From an uncultured virus (IMG/VR IMGVR_UViG_3300020205_001316) (lineage: Duplodnaviria > Heunggongvirae > Uroviricota > Caudoviricetes), in IMG/VR virus record IMGVR_UViG_3300020205_001316: a stretch of 64,000 nucleotides of DNA, one strand, 5' to 3'. Below the pieces are notes generated by a model that saw nothing but the letters and a program-made list of their open reading frames with translations, searched no databases and had not been told where the DNA came from. Below, piece by piece: positions 1 through 8,809 of the stretch. Made by a program: the position numbers and the translations under genes. The first letter of the stretch is position 1. Every line of letters starts with the position of its first letter.

Positions 1-923
1 AAGTTTACTTCATTGATTGTAGATTTCAATGATTTGATTACTGAAATAGCTTCTGCTAATTCTTTCTTCAATCTTTTTGATTCTTCTACTTTCTCTTTTT
101 CATCTTCTTCTGCTTTTTCTTCATCTTCTAACTCTTTGATGATTTCTTCGATATTCATATCGTCTTTGTCATCTTCATCATTGTCATCACTTTCGTTTTG
201 AGCAATAACTGCATCTGGTTCATCTGCATTCATTACTGTATCAACTTCATCAGCTGCTTCAGCTTGAACATCATCGTGTCCCATTGCATTGTAATCATCT
301 TCTGATTCCATATCATCAGAACCACCATGTAATTCGTCTTCCAACTCTTTAATGATTGCTTCTAAATCTAAGTCATCTTCTGATTGTTGGTCATCATTGT
401 TACCATCAAATGATTGTTGGTCGTCTTGTCCACCGAATTCATCTTCTGCACCTTCTTCTTTTGCAAATGGATTAGTGTTTGCTGTTAAATCTTCTCCATC
501 TTCACCATTTTCTTCTGTAATAGATTTTTCAAATGTGTAATCTTCTACTTCAGCTTCTGGTTTTTTAGAAGTTGATGTAACATCTGCTGCACCTAATTTG
601 TCTTCTGCACCAGCGTTGTGTTCAGTTGGTTTTTTGTTGTTCTGTCCTGATGTTGTACCACCAGTACCAGCACCAATGTTAGAAGAGTTGTAATCTTCTT
701 CCATTTTGTCTTCTTCTTTCTCATCATCTTCACCATAAACTTCTTTCATTTCATCTTCTTCAGATTCTTTGTCTTCAGCTTCGGCTCTTAATTTCTGAGA
801 TAGCATAGACTTCAATCTTGGTGTAAATGCTTCCTCTAACTGAATCTTAGCATTAGCCAAGGCAGTTTCGCGAACAGCTTTAGCATCAGCGATTGCTTCT
901 TTCAATAATTTTGAACTTGCCAT
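1..923 (-). CDS. Prohead core/scaffolding protein (partial, runs off the left edge)
   Basis: Not in the ORF track. Read manually from ATG at 923: MASSKLLKEAIADAKAVRETALANAKIQLEEAFTPRLKSML..., then a long D/E-rich low-complexity region and a coiled coil (ELAEAISVIKSLKSTINEVNL). It lies downstream of the prohead protease, where T4-like scaffold genes precede the major capsid gene. Confidence 0.75.
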   Translation of the reverse strand, partial: MASSKLLKEAIADAKAVRETALANAKIQLEEAFTPRLKSMLSQKLRAEAEDKESEEDEMKEVYGEDDEKEEDKMEEDYNSSNIGAGTGGTTSGQNNKKPTEHNAGAEDKLGAADVTSTSKKPEAEVEDYTFEKSITEENGEDGEDLTANTNPFAKEEGAEDEFGGQDDQQSFDGNNDDQQSEDDLDLEAIIKELEDELHGGSDDMESEDDYNAMGHDDVQAEAADEVDTVMNADEPDAVIAQNESDDNDEDDKDDMNIEEIIKELEDEEKAEEDEKEKVEESKRLKKELAEAISVIKSLKSTINEVN

Positions 924-932
924 TTCTTTATG

Positions 933-939
933 TCCTTTT
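933..939 (-). promoter_or_regulatory. Shine-Dalgarno-like site (AAAAGGA) of the scaffold gene
   Basis: AAAAGGA lies 9 nt upstream of the ATG at 923. Confidence 0.5.
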
Positions 940-945
940 GATTTG

Positions 946-1063
946 TTAAGCCATTATAGGATTAGGCGGCTTAAATAGAATTTTGATATTCTTTCGGAAC
1001 TCTATATGAGATAGAGTATTCATCGAGTATCTTTAATAAAATAAATTCTACATTATGTAGAAT
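946..1063 (-). other. Structured 5' leader of the scaffold/capsid operon (three inverted repeats)
   Basis: Stems at 946-952/968-974 (ttaagcc/ggcttaa) and 999-1005/1011-1017 (actctat/atagagt), plus a perfect palindrome at 1045-1063 (attctacat-t-atgtagaat). Confidence 0.55.
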
Positions 1064-1069
1064 ATATAA

Positions 1070-1078
1070 TATACATAT
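1070..1078 (-). promoter_or_regulatory. Variant late element ATATGTATA (1 mismatch to ATATTTATA)
   Basis: Located at the 5' end of the structured leader upstream of the scaffold gene. Confidence 0.4.
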
Positions 1079-1098
1079 ATACTTTTTATAGAAAACGA

Positions 1099-1338
1099 TT
1101 AAAGTCCGATGAATTTTTTCGGAATTTGTTTTAAATTTAGGAATTCAATTGCGTTTTTAGATGTTCTTAATTGTTTTCTAACTGCCGCTTCTTTTTGAAC
1201 TCTTTTTTTAGCAGAAGGTTTTGTGAAATATTTTCTATCTCTTAGTTGCTCAACCGTCTTAGAATCCTGCCATTTCTTTTTTAAGGTCTTTAATGCTTTT
1301 TGTAAATTGTCGTTATTTACGTTGTCGATAATAATCAT
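1099..1338 (-). CDS. rpsU: Phage-encoded 30S ribosomal protein bS21
   Basis: Basic 79-aa protein with the bS21 signature (ALKxLKKK...LRDRKYFTKPSAKKR). Located among head genes, as described for bS21-carrying Bacteroidota phages. Confidence 0.9.
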   Translation of the reverse strand: MIIIDNVNNDNLQKALKTLKKKWQDSKTVEQLRDRKYFTKPSAKKRVQKEAAVRKQLRTSKNAIEFLNLKQIPKKFIGL

Positions 1339-1363
1339 TCTTTATTTTTGTTTGTAACTTATA

Positions 1364-2002
1364 TTAGTGTTTATGATGTCCACCACAACCACAATCGTGT
1401 TGCTCATTACATCCACAATCTGATTTGCTTTCTTTTACTACTGATTCGTTAGGAACACAATTAGGAACTTGTCTACCACCCTTATCCTTCATTCCAATTT
1501 GTTTATATCCTTTCCAACACGGTCCCTGGTCTTCACTAACGTTTTGTGGCATTAATGCATTTAACTTAGATGATTGTTCCATCTTAGGAGGTCTCTTACC
1601 TAATCTAAAATCAGCATCTTCATCACTAATTTCTTGCATATCAAAATATCTACCTAAAACGTGTCCCATATCTTCATATAGAGAACTCATTCTTTGTTGT
1701 AATTGTTTTGCTTCTAATGCACTCTTTTCGAATTGTGCAGATAACTTTCCTAAATCACCCATATTACGTTTAACCGTTGCAGGATCAAAGTTATTTCCAC
1801 TTTCTTTTACTGCGAATGTTGTTGCAGCATCTACGATACCACCCAATGTATTTGCAATTTCTGCTAAATCATGTTCAGCTTGTAATTTTCTACCAAATGC
1901 TTTATAGGTAGAAATCACCTCTAAGAAATGTCTTCTTGCTTCGTTGTGCATAGGTGATTGTTGTTGCTTATCTTCACCCATTAATTTTTTTAACTTTATC
2001 AT
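1364..2002 (-). CDS. Putative capsid-internal/head protein
   Basis: N-terminal MIKLKKLMGE leader, the PCWKGYKQIGMK..GGRQVPNCVP module seen in phage head proteins, and a Cys/His-rich C-terminus. Confidence 0.55.
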   Translation of the reverse strand: MIKLKKLMGEDKQQQSPMHNEARRHFLEVISTYKAFGRKLQAEHDLAEIANTLGGIVDAATTFAVKESGNNFDPATVKRNMGDLGKLSAQFEKSALEAKQLQQRMSSLYEDMGHVLGRYFDMQEISDEDADFRLGKRPPKMEQSSKLNALMPQNVSEDQGPCWKGYKQIGMKDKGGRQVPNCVPNESVVKESKSDCGCNEQHDCGCGGHHKH

Positions 2003-2007
2003 ACTAT

Positions 2008-2016
2008 TATAAATAT
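2008..2016 (-). promoter_or_regulatory. Putative late promoter element ATATTTATA
   Basis: Exact intergenic copy 5 nt upstream of ATG 2002. Confidence 0.6.
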
Positions 2017-2017
2017 A

Positions 2018-2317
2018 TTAAAATGAACTATTGATTAACTTATAGTCCTTTTCGGATAATTCTTTCTTTGCTTTCTTTAATAACTTATCAACCATTTCAT
2101 CTCTTTTCTTTTGGTCAGCTGGAGTTATTGAACCATTTTTAATGTGGTCTTTTTTGATTTGGTTTAATTTATTAACTGCATCTCTATCATCCATATAGAT
2201 TGCCAATTCAACTGCCGCTTCACTATGTTCATTTCTATCGGTCATTTTACTAACCTTTTTGTTGAATGCTTCTGCTGGATTGTATGCTTCCCCTAATAAA
2301 TCTTTTAACTTTATCAT
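2018..2317 (-). CDS. Small putative capsid-internal protein
   Basis: MIKLKDLLGE leader; AGAGGAG SD-like site 8 nt upstream; adjacent to the prohead protease. Confidence 0.55.
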   Translation of the reverse strand: MIKLKDLLGEAYNPAEAFNKKVSKMTDRNEHSEAAVELAIYMDDRDAVNKLNQIKKDHIKNGSITPADQKKRDEMVDKLLKKAKKELSEKDYKLINSSF

Positions 2318-2898
2318 TAGTTTAACTCCTCTATAATTTGTCTCATTAAATCTTGTGCCTTACAAAATCTACCACACTCATCTATTTCTCTACTTACACC
2401 TTCGTTTACCGGAGTTAAGAATGCTCCATGTGTTGAAGGGTTAGAAACGAAATCAAATCCAATCAATTCAAAATCTTCTTGTACCATTACCTGGTCATTT
2501 CTCATTGGTTTAACTGAACCTAATCCTCTACTACTAATACCTAAACGAATATTGTTTTTGAATAATTCTTTTAAGATGTTTCCAGATGGTGTAGATAATA
2601 CTTCTACTGTCCCAACTAAATCAGTACCATCAAAATGCATTTCTACAATATTATGAGAAACGTTTTTAAGGTTGATTATAGTCGATTCTGGATGGTCTAA
2701 TTCTCCTAAAGCTCTTCTTTCATTAATCAATACATCGTACTTCTTTGCCTCTCTCATTAAGATTGCCATAGGGTATATACGATTGTTCTGATTAGGTGCA
2801 TCTGCTCTTTGTAAAACGCCCTTAACCAAAAACTTTCCGTTTTGGTCTTCACTAATCTTTCCTTCAAATAAGGTATGTTCTATTAATAATGGTTTCAT
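2317..2898 (-). CDS. Prohead core protease (T4 gp21-like)
   Basis: Motifs NxNNRIYP, GELDHP, GISSRGLGS and FDFVSNPS. Confidence 0.92.
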   Translation of the reverse strand: MKPLLIEHTLFEGKISEDQNGKFLVKGVLQRADAPNQNNRIYPMAILMREAKKYDVLINERRALGELDHPESTIINLKNVSHNIVEMHFDGTDLVGTVEVLSTPSGNILKELFKNNIRLGISSRGLGSVKPMRNDQVMVQEDFELIGFDFVSNPSTHGAFLTPVNEGVSREIDECGRFCKAQDLMRQIIEELN

Positions 2899-2906
2899 CT
2901 TATTTT

Positions 2907-3398
2907 TTAATTTATTTCGTGGTTATCATCGTTACTTAAATACTTAAATTGTTTTTGCATACCATTCCAATAATTATCATCATCTGGATTTTTATGTTTA
3001 TTAAAAATATTTATTTTATTTAACAATCCTTTTAATCCTTTTTCATCTTTACTTTTTTGATAATCCACTTTTAATTTATCATATTCTTTTTTTCTATCTT
3101 TGTAAAAATTATCCATATCATATTGATATCCTTTAAGTCCACTTTTAGTTGCCAATGTCATAGCTGCTTTTCTAGCAGGATGTGTTGCTGGATATCCCAT
3201 AGCTGTTTTTACAGATATTTCGTTTCCTGTTTCAGAGTTTACTACTTTCAATTTTTCAAACTTATCTCTTAACTCTTTATTCTTTTTTACTAATGCAAGT
3301 CTTTTTGCTTTTTCGGCAGGTTTTTCTCTACGCTTAGGTGAAGCAATAAACGGTACAAAAAATTCGTTTAATAAATCTCTTAATTTAATATGAGCCAT
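2907..3398 (-). CDS. Putative capsid-internal protein
   Basis: IKLRDLLNE leader; carries an NxETGxxIxVxxAxxYxxxHPAxxAA module shared with ORF 11712-15644. Confidence 0.5.
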   Translation of the reverse strand: MAHIKLRDLLNEFFVPFIASPKRREKPAEKAKRLALVKKNKELRDKFEKLKVVNSETGNEISVKTAMGYPATHPARKAAMTLATKSGLKGYQYDMDNFYKDRKKEYDKLKVDYQKSKDEKGLKGLLNKINIFNKHKNPDDDNYWNGMQKQFKYLSNDDNHEIN

Positions 3399-3399
3399 A

Positions 3400-4251
3400 C
3401 TATGTTAATAATTTATAATATTCGTTGAAATGTTTGATTCTATCAGGTAATCCGATAGTTCCACCATTTACTCTTTTTGTGATTGATGTTACTACTGCAT
3501 CATTTGCACCACCATCAGCCATTTTGTGTAATCCATTTTTATTGAAGAACCAAGCTGCTGAAGCTAATGCATATTTACTTGCTACCAAATCAGGGTTTGC
3601 AATACAATCTTCACCAATTGATTTAGTGAATGCTGTATAATTTTCTTTTCCTGTTAATTGTATAAATCCTCTACCATGAAACTTCCAACCTTCACCACTT
3701 GCTTCTGCACCATTACCCATTCTACCACCATATACTTTGTTGGCGATTTTCTCTGGTTTTCTTTCGTATGGAACTGCTGACTCTAATGTTGGGAAATATT
3801 TTTTAAAGATACCATTCAACCCTTTAGCTGAATAGTTTAGATTTTCTTTTGTTAATTTGAACCCACCACTTTCATGTCCACATTGTGCTAAGAAATGTGC
3901 CAATCTCAATGGAGTGTTGATTTCAAACTTAGATGCTACTTCAGGTATCATTGCTATAACACTATCCGGAATATGTCCTTTTAATGTATCTAACTTTAAA
4001 CCAGTTGTATTTGCTACCGGAGTTGGTGTTGATACTACTGCAGGTGTTACCGGAGCTACTGCTTCCGTAATACCCATAATTGGATTCCAAGTTCCGTTTC
4101 CTACAATACCATCTGCTGTTAAACCATTCTTTGATTGAAATGCTTTTACTGCTTCCTCAGTTTTAGGACCATAGTTTCCTATTGGCTCTAAACCTAATTT
4201 AGTTTGTAGTTGTTTTACACTTTCGTTATTATCACCTCTTTTCAATAACAT
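3400..4251 (-). CDS. Endolysin: peptidoglycan-binding domain plus glycoside hydrolase family 19
   Basis: N-terminal PG-binding repeat (LKRGD...VKQLQ...YGPKTEEAVKAFQ..NGLTADGIVGNGTW); GH19 motifs AHFLAQCGHESGG, GRGFIQLTG and TKRVNGG. Confidence 0.9.
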   Translation of the reverse strand: MLLKRGDNNESVKQLQTKLGLEPIGNYGPKTEEAVKAFQSKNGLTADGIVGNGTWNPIMGITEAVAPVTPAVVSTPTPVANTTGLKLDTLKGHIPDSVIAMIPEVASKFEINTPLRLAHFLAQCGHESGGFKLTKENLNYSAKGLNGIFKKYFPTLESAVPYERKPEKIANKVYGGRMGNGAEASGEGWKFHGRGFIQLTGKENYTAFTKSIGEDCIANPDLVASKYALASAAWFFNKNGLHKMADGGANDAVVTSITKRVNGGTIGLPDRIKHFNEYYKLLT

Positions 4252-4268
4252 ACAAATATCCTCTCTAA

Positions 4269-4769
4269 TTATTTTCTTTTTTTAGATTCGTTCTTACTTC
4301 TTAATTTAGCTAAATCAGAACCTTCGATTTCACCATCACCATCTACATCTAATTTCTTTTGTCCACCACTTAATTCAGCTTCTTTGATTTTCATTCTTTC
4401 TTTTAATTCAGTTTGAATACCCTTAACTAAAGTAAAGAATTTTTTCTTTTGTTCATCACTTAAATCAGCTGGAGAATTAACACCAAACTTACTTAGCATT
4501 TTTTGAAAGATTCTCTGATATTCAGATTCTTCTTTCATTACTTCTCTTACGATGTTTTTGAAATGCTCTCTACTTAATTGAATTTTATCATCACCTTGTG
4601 TTTGAGGTAATCCGTTTGCTACATTAGTTGGTTCGGATTCTTCACCCATACCACATTCACAAACTGCTTTACCACATTTCGGGCAAACTGATTCTTCTTC
4701 TTTAACTAATTTATGACTTCTTGAAGCCATTCCCAATGCTTGCATCGGTACTAATCCTGATAATTTCAT
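4269..4769 (-). CDS. Modular head-associated protein
   Basis: CPKCGKAVCEC knuckle, an EYQxxFxKxLxKFGVxSPxxL module and an EF-hand-like LDVDGDGEIEGSDL segment. Modules are separated by xKE-type sites. Confidence 0.5.
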   Translation of the reverse strand: MKLSGLVPMQALGMASRSHKLVKEEESVCPKCGKAVCECGMGEESEPTNVANGLPQTQGDDKIQLSREHFKNIVREVMKEESEYQRIFQKMLSKFGVNSPADLSDEQKKKFFTLVKGIQTELKERMKIKEAELSGGQKKLDVDGDGEIEGSDLAKLRSKNESKKRK

Positions 4770-4773
4770 AATA

Positions 4774-5439
4774 TTATGCTTTTTTTAATCTTACTGATTG
4801 ATATTTATCCATTTTTGTTAAACTCTTTAATTGTGATTGTGCTGAGTTTTTCGGAGCTGGTTTTGTTATTGTTCTTCTATCTGCATTTTTACTTGCACCT
4901 TTTGGAGTTGCAGTAACTACATATTTATCCAAAGCCATAGGTTTTGTACCTTCAACTTCTTCAATGTTAGTTTCACTTTCTGCTTTATCTATTTCTTGTA
5001 TAGAACTTGCAATTTTAATGATTCTTTCTTTAATTCTGTAAATGTTTGTATTGGTTCTTTTAAAGAAGTCATTTTTACCTAAATTGTTTTCACTTCTTAA
5101 TCTATTATACCAATTAACAAATCTTTCAATTTCTGCTAATTGATTTTTAACTTCTCTAATACCATGTGATACTTTTTGAGATGGAGTTCTTGTTTCATCT
5201 CTTTTTAAATCTAACCAACGATTTTCATCTATACTCTTAGCAAATTCAAATCCTTCACCTGATGATTTAACTTTACGTTTGATATCACCCTTAGTATCTT
5301 TACCAAATGCAAATGGTGTATTGTATCCATCAGCCGATGCCGTAGTATTTTCCTCTTCGATTTTTTTTTCTCTGAGTTTAGTACGAATCGTTTCTTTTAA
5401 TTTAGATATATCTTCGTTAGATAATTCCTTTTTGAACAT
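4774..5439 (-). CDS. Hypothetical head-module protein
   Basis: 221-aa ORF in the head operon; AAGGA 8 nt upstream; no recognisable catalytic motif. Confidence 0.5.
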   Translation of the reverse strand: MFKKELSNEDISKLKETIRTKLREKKIEEENTTASADGYNTPFAFGKDTKGDIKRKVKSSGEGFEFAKSIDENRWLDLKRDETRTPSQKVSHGIREVKNQLAEIERFVNWYNRLRSENNLGKNDFFKRTNTNIYRIKERIIKIASSIQEIDKAESETNIEEVEGTKPMALDKYVVTATPKGASKNADRRTITKPAPKNSAQSQLKSLTKMDKYQSVRLKKA

Positions 5440-6295
5440 CGCTCAATTCCTTTTCCAATTCATAACACATAATCAAAGATGTGATATGATTGTCTTTTAT
5501 TTTTTGTGAATTACCAATTTTTGATAACTGATTCATTGTTTCTGCTAATTTGATTTTTGTAACCTTATCATTAATTTTAGAAGAAATTCTTTTGAATTCT
5601 TTTATTAACGATTTAACTTCACCAACTACATGGTTTTTTAAATTATCAGAGTTAGTGTAAGAGTTTATATATTCTTTTAATAAACTTTTTTGTTTATCAT
5701 TAAGATTATTATATTTTTTATTAAAACTATCTACTAACATTTTATAAGAAAGTAATTGAATTTCTTTATCTTCTTTCTTTAAATCTGTATGTATTGTAGT
5801 TTCTGCTAATGTTTTATTTGATGGTGTTTTACCAATTAAATGTTCAACTAATGTATATTTTGTATTTACGAAATCTTTAGGGTCGTAGTTTTGGTCAACA
5901 TTTACTTTGTATTCAAATATTTTATATACTGATGCTAACACTTTGTAGTTAGGTATTTGAGAACGTAAAAAATCTTCAATTGCGTAATTATCTTTAATTT
6001 CTTTAATTAAATTATATTTTTCTTTTAAGATTTTCTTTTCATCTAATTTAGCTCTACTTTCTACCACAGCATCAACAAAGCGTTCTGCTCTATTTTCACT
6101 ATTATATCTTTCCGATACAATAAATTGATATAATTTCAACTCATTAGACAATTCAGTCTTTGAATTAAAGTATTTTTTTAATAATCCTTCTGCTATACCC
6201 TTTCTATTGTTAAGGATATCAGAGGTTACTTGTCTTACTAGCAATTCAAATAAAAAGCCGGTATTTCTGAATTTTGAATGTTTAATTTGTCTCAT
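5417..6295 (-). CDS. Hypothetical helical protein downstream of portal (head assembly?)
   Basis: 292-aa ORF beginning MRQIKHSKFRNTGFLFELL; follows the portal gene and has its own late element. Confidence 0.55.
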   Translation of the reverse strand: MRQIKHSKFRNTGFLFELLVRQVTSDILNNRKGIAEGLLKKYFNSKTELSNELKLYQFIVSERYNSENRAERFVDAVVESRAKLDEKKILKEKYNLIKEIKDNYAIEDFLRSQIPNYKVLASVYKIFEYKVNVDQNYDPKDFVNTKYTLVEHLIGKTPSNKTLAETTIHTDLKKEDKEIQLLSYKMLVDSFNKKYNNLNDKQKSLLKEYINSYTNSDNLKNHVVGEVKSLIKEFKRISSKINDKVTKIKLAETMNQLSKIGNSQKIKDNHITSLIMCYELEKELSDVQKGII

Positions 6296-6314
6296 TTATA
6301 TACATTATTCCATT

Positions 6315-6323
6315 TATAAATAT
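6315..6323 (-). promoter_or_regulatory. Putative late promoter element ATATTTATA
   Basis: Intergenic, 19 nt upstream of ATG 6295. Confidence 0.6.
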
Positions 6324-6341
6324 AAGGTGTTATAATAAGAA

Positions 6342-8228
6342 TTAGTTTTCTATGATATTTTGTTCATCTAACATAGATTTTCCTTCATTTATTATCTTTG
6401 AACCACCTTTAGTTATGTTTTTCTTTAACATATCTATAAAACTTTCGTTTTTATATTGATTTTTTAAGTCTTTACTACCAGTTACATCTCTACCAAATGG
6501 AGATTTATCTTTACCACGTGTTGAATATTCTTTAGGTCTACCTGCTAACTTAGCTTCTTGTTGTGGTTCTTCTTCCGTATCCTCACCACCCAATTGTGCT
6601 TTTAATTTTTGGATTTGGTCTTCAACATTTAATGGTTCGCCGTTTGGTGTTGGTTCTTCCTGTGGTTGTTCGTCACCTTCAATTGGTGGTTCATCTGTAT
6701 CCATAGGTTGTCCATTTTCATCACTTCCTAATGGTGGTTGTTGACCCATCATACCTTGTTGGTCTTGTGGTTTTTCAGTACCAGTTGTTTCTAAATTGGT
6801 AAGTTTAAAAGTAAGCATTGCATCTTTCTTTAATCCCTCAACTTGTAAAGCTGCTTCTTCGTAACTGAAATTAAGTATATTTTTATACATCCATTCTTTA
6901 GAAATTACTTTTAATTGGTCCATTTTTTGAATCAATTCCATTTTCATTGTCCAAAGATTAACTTTCTCTTGTTCGTATATTAATGATGGTAATGTTAATT
7001 CTAATTCAAAGTTTGTTAATTCACTATCATCAATACCTTGTGAGTATAAGTGAGCAATTGCAATCTTTTCTAACCCATCAACTACAATTCTTTGTAATCT
7101 TTCGATAGTTTTTGCAAATCTCATATCCATTGCTGCTAATGTAGCTTTAGAGTTTCCATCTTCTAAGTAACCTAAATGTTGTTTAGGTATCTTTAATGCT
7201 GCAAACATCTTATTCTTTAAGTAATCTATATCTTCAATTGGTGCGTACTCTAACCCATCTAAGTTTGTAATTTCAGTACCACTATCATTACCTCTAACCG
7301 GTAAATAGAAATCTTCCATTAAGTTTTGAACATTATACTTTAAGTTATACTCACCTGTATCTGCGTTCACATATGGAGTTTTCTTTGATTTGTTTATAAT
7401 TCTTTGAATGTATTGGTCTACTTCATTTGGAGCAATACCACCTACATCAATTTTGAATATTCTTTTTTGAGGAGCTCTTACAATTCTATGAATAATCATT
7501 GCATCTTCCATCAATGATATTTGTTTCCATAATCTTCTAGCACCTTCTAATAGTGATTTTCCATAAGGTAAGAAGTTTGTATCTGATAATAAACGGAAGT
7601 GAGCAATCTCATAGTTTTCATATTCAGTTTTTTGTCCTGCTATGAATAATGATTTAGTTGCTAATGGAGTATGAACAAACTTTACGGCTTGCCAATTGTT
7701 TGGGTCAAATCCTTCTACTCTCGTAATTTCATATGCCGATAATGGTTGAACCCCTACTATACCTAAGTTTTCTGCAATCTCTAAATGTAAAAAGAAATCA
7801 CCATACTTAACCATATTTCTAACCCAAGGCCATAAATTGAATTCTACATTTACTACATCATAGAATAAGTTAGTTAAGATATCTTTAATATGGTCATTAT
7901 TGGTTTTTATTTCAATAACTCTACCATATTCATTTCTACTCGTTGATTCGTCTGCATATATGTCTAATGCCGATGTGATGATTGGATCCTGGTCCATTGA
8001 ATCATAATCTCTAAATAACTCTTGTCTTATTTGTTGATAAGCCAAATAGTTTTCAAATGTATTGTTCATTGCTGATGAATGCAATCTCATATACCTATCT
8101 CTAAGATTGGTAGCTATTGCCTGTGTTTCATCGTAATCAATTACCTTTAACTTTCCACCTTGATTTCTTACGATAACCGCTGTTGAAAATAATTTCTTTA
8201 ACCTGCCGTAAAATGAAGTATCTGCCAT
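6342..8228 (-). CDS. Portal protein (T4 gp20-like)
   Basis: Motifs LMEDAMIIHRIVRAPQKRIFKIDVG, EDFYLPVRG..SGTEITNL and DIDYLKNKMFAALKIP; acidic low-complexity C-terminal tail. Confidence 0.93.
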   Translation of the reverse strand: MADTSFYGRLKKLFSTAVIVRNQGGKLKVIDYDETQAIATNLRDRYMRLHSSAMNNTFENYLAYQQIRQELFRDYDSMDQDPIITSALDIYADESTSRNEYGRVIEIKTNNDHIKDILTNLFYDVVNVEFNLWPWVRNMVKYGDFFLHLEIAENLGIVGVQPLSAYEITRVEGFDPNNWQAVKFVHTPLATKSLFIAGQKTEYENYEIAHFRLLSDTNFLPYGKSLLEGARRLWKQISLMEDAMIIHRIVRAPQKRIFKIDVGGIAPNEVDQYIQRIINKSKKTPYVNADTGEYNLKYNVQNLMEDFYLPVRGNDSGTEITNLDGLEYAPIEDIDYLKNKMFAALKIPKQHLGYLEDGNSKATLAAMDMRFAKTIERLQRIVVDGLEKIAIAHLYSQGIDDSELTNFELELTLPSLIYEQEKVNLWTMKMELIQKMDQLKVISKEWMYKNILNFSYEEAALQVEGLKKDAMLTFKLTNLETTGTEKPQDQQGMMGQQPPLGSDENGQPMDTDEPPIEGDEQPQEEPTPNGEPLNVEDQIQKLKAQLGGEDTEEEPQQEAKLAGRPKEYSTRGKDKSPFGRDVTGSKDLKNQYKNESFIDMLKKNITKGGSKIINEGKSMLDEQNIIEN

Positions 8229-8239
8229 ATTATTTTATA

Positions 8240-8773
8240 TTACCATTTTCTACAAGACCAGTATCTTGCTTTTGTTCTAGGTCCTGGATTATCACAATTA
8301 TGTCTAGCTCTAAACGATTTTCTCGCTTTTGGGTTAGATTTTCTTATTCTCATTGTTTTTTCACCTTTAGCTGCTGCGGATGTTCCACCATGTCCAAAGT
8401 TTACTTTAACAACTTTACCAGCTGGATTCTTTACATACACTTTAAACTTCTTAACATCACCTTGCGTTGGTTTACCCAATTCAACTTTTCTACCTTGATA
8501 TTCTGCTTCATTTAAAGATTCATTGTATGCATCTTTTTCTTTAACTTTAATTTTAAGAAAAGATATAAAATCTTCCATTTCTTCTATATCATCCTCATCT
8601 ACATCATACTCATCAATATCGTCATCATCGATATCTTCTTTTATTTTACCAAATGCTTTAGCAAATGGATTAGAATAAACTTTACCTAATTCTATTTGTT
8701 GACCATCGGGCATAGTGTGACTTGACTTACTCAAAGATACACCATAAAATTCATATAAAAAACTTTTCTTCAT
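8240..8773 (-). CDS. Head-associated protein with DUF6321-like C-terminal domain
   Basis: AEYQGRKVELGKP...RKSFRARHNCD...ARYWSCRKW domain following an LNE site. Start moved to ATG 8773 (SD-like AGAAAGGA 7 nt upstream) rather than TTG 8794. Confidence 0.6.
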   Translation of the reverse strand: MKKSFLYEFYGVSLSKSSHTMPDGQQIELGKVYSNPFAKAFGKIKEDIDDDDIDEYDVDEDDIEEMEDFISFLKIKVKEKDAYNESLNEAEYQGRKVELGKPTQGDVKKFKVYVKNPAGKVVKVNFGHGGTSAAAKGEKTMRIRKSNPKARKSFRARHNCDNPGPRTKARYWSCRKW

Positions 8774-8796
8774 ATTATTTTCCTTTCTATACAATA

Positions 8797-8805
8797 TATA
8801 AATAT
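8797..8805 (-). promoter_or_regulatory. Putative late promoter element ATATTTATA
   Basis: Intergenic, 23 nt upstream of ATG 8773. Confidence 0.6.
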
Positions 8806-8809
8806 TATA

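Noticed and set aside
970..1036. Hammerhead-ribozyme-like pattern on the minus strand (CUCGAUGA...stem...GAAA-stem-UA)
   Set aside because: The core has an extra base relative to CUGANGA, stem II lacks the closing pair next to the core, and stem I cannot form adjacent to the core. Kept only as a generic structured leader.
8774..8794. ORF-track start at TTG 8794 (and the similar upstream extension of the GT7 gene to 36793)
   Set aside because: ATG 8773 has an SD-like site and suits the late element. GTG 36745 aligns with the paralog N-termini and avoids a long overlap.
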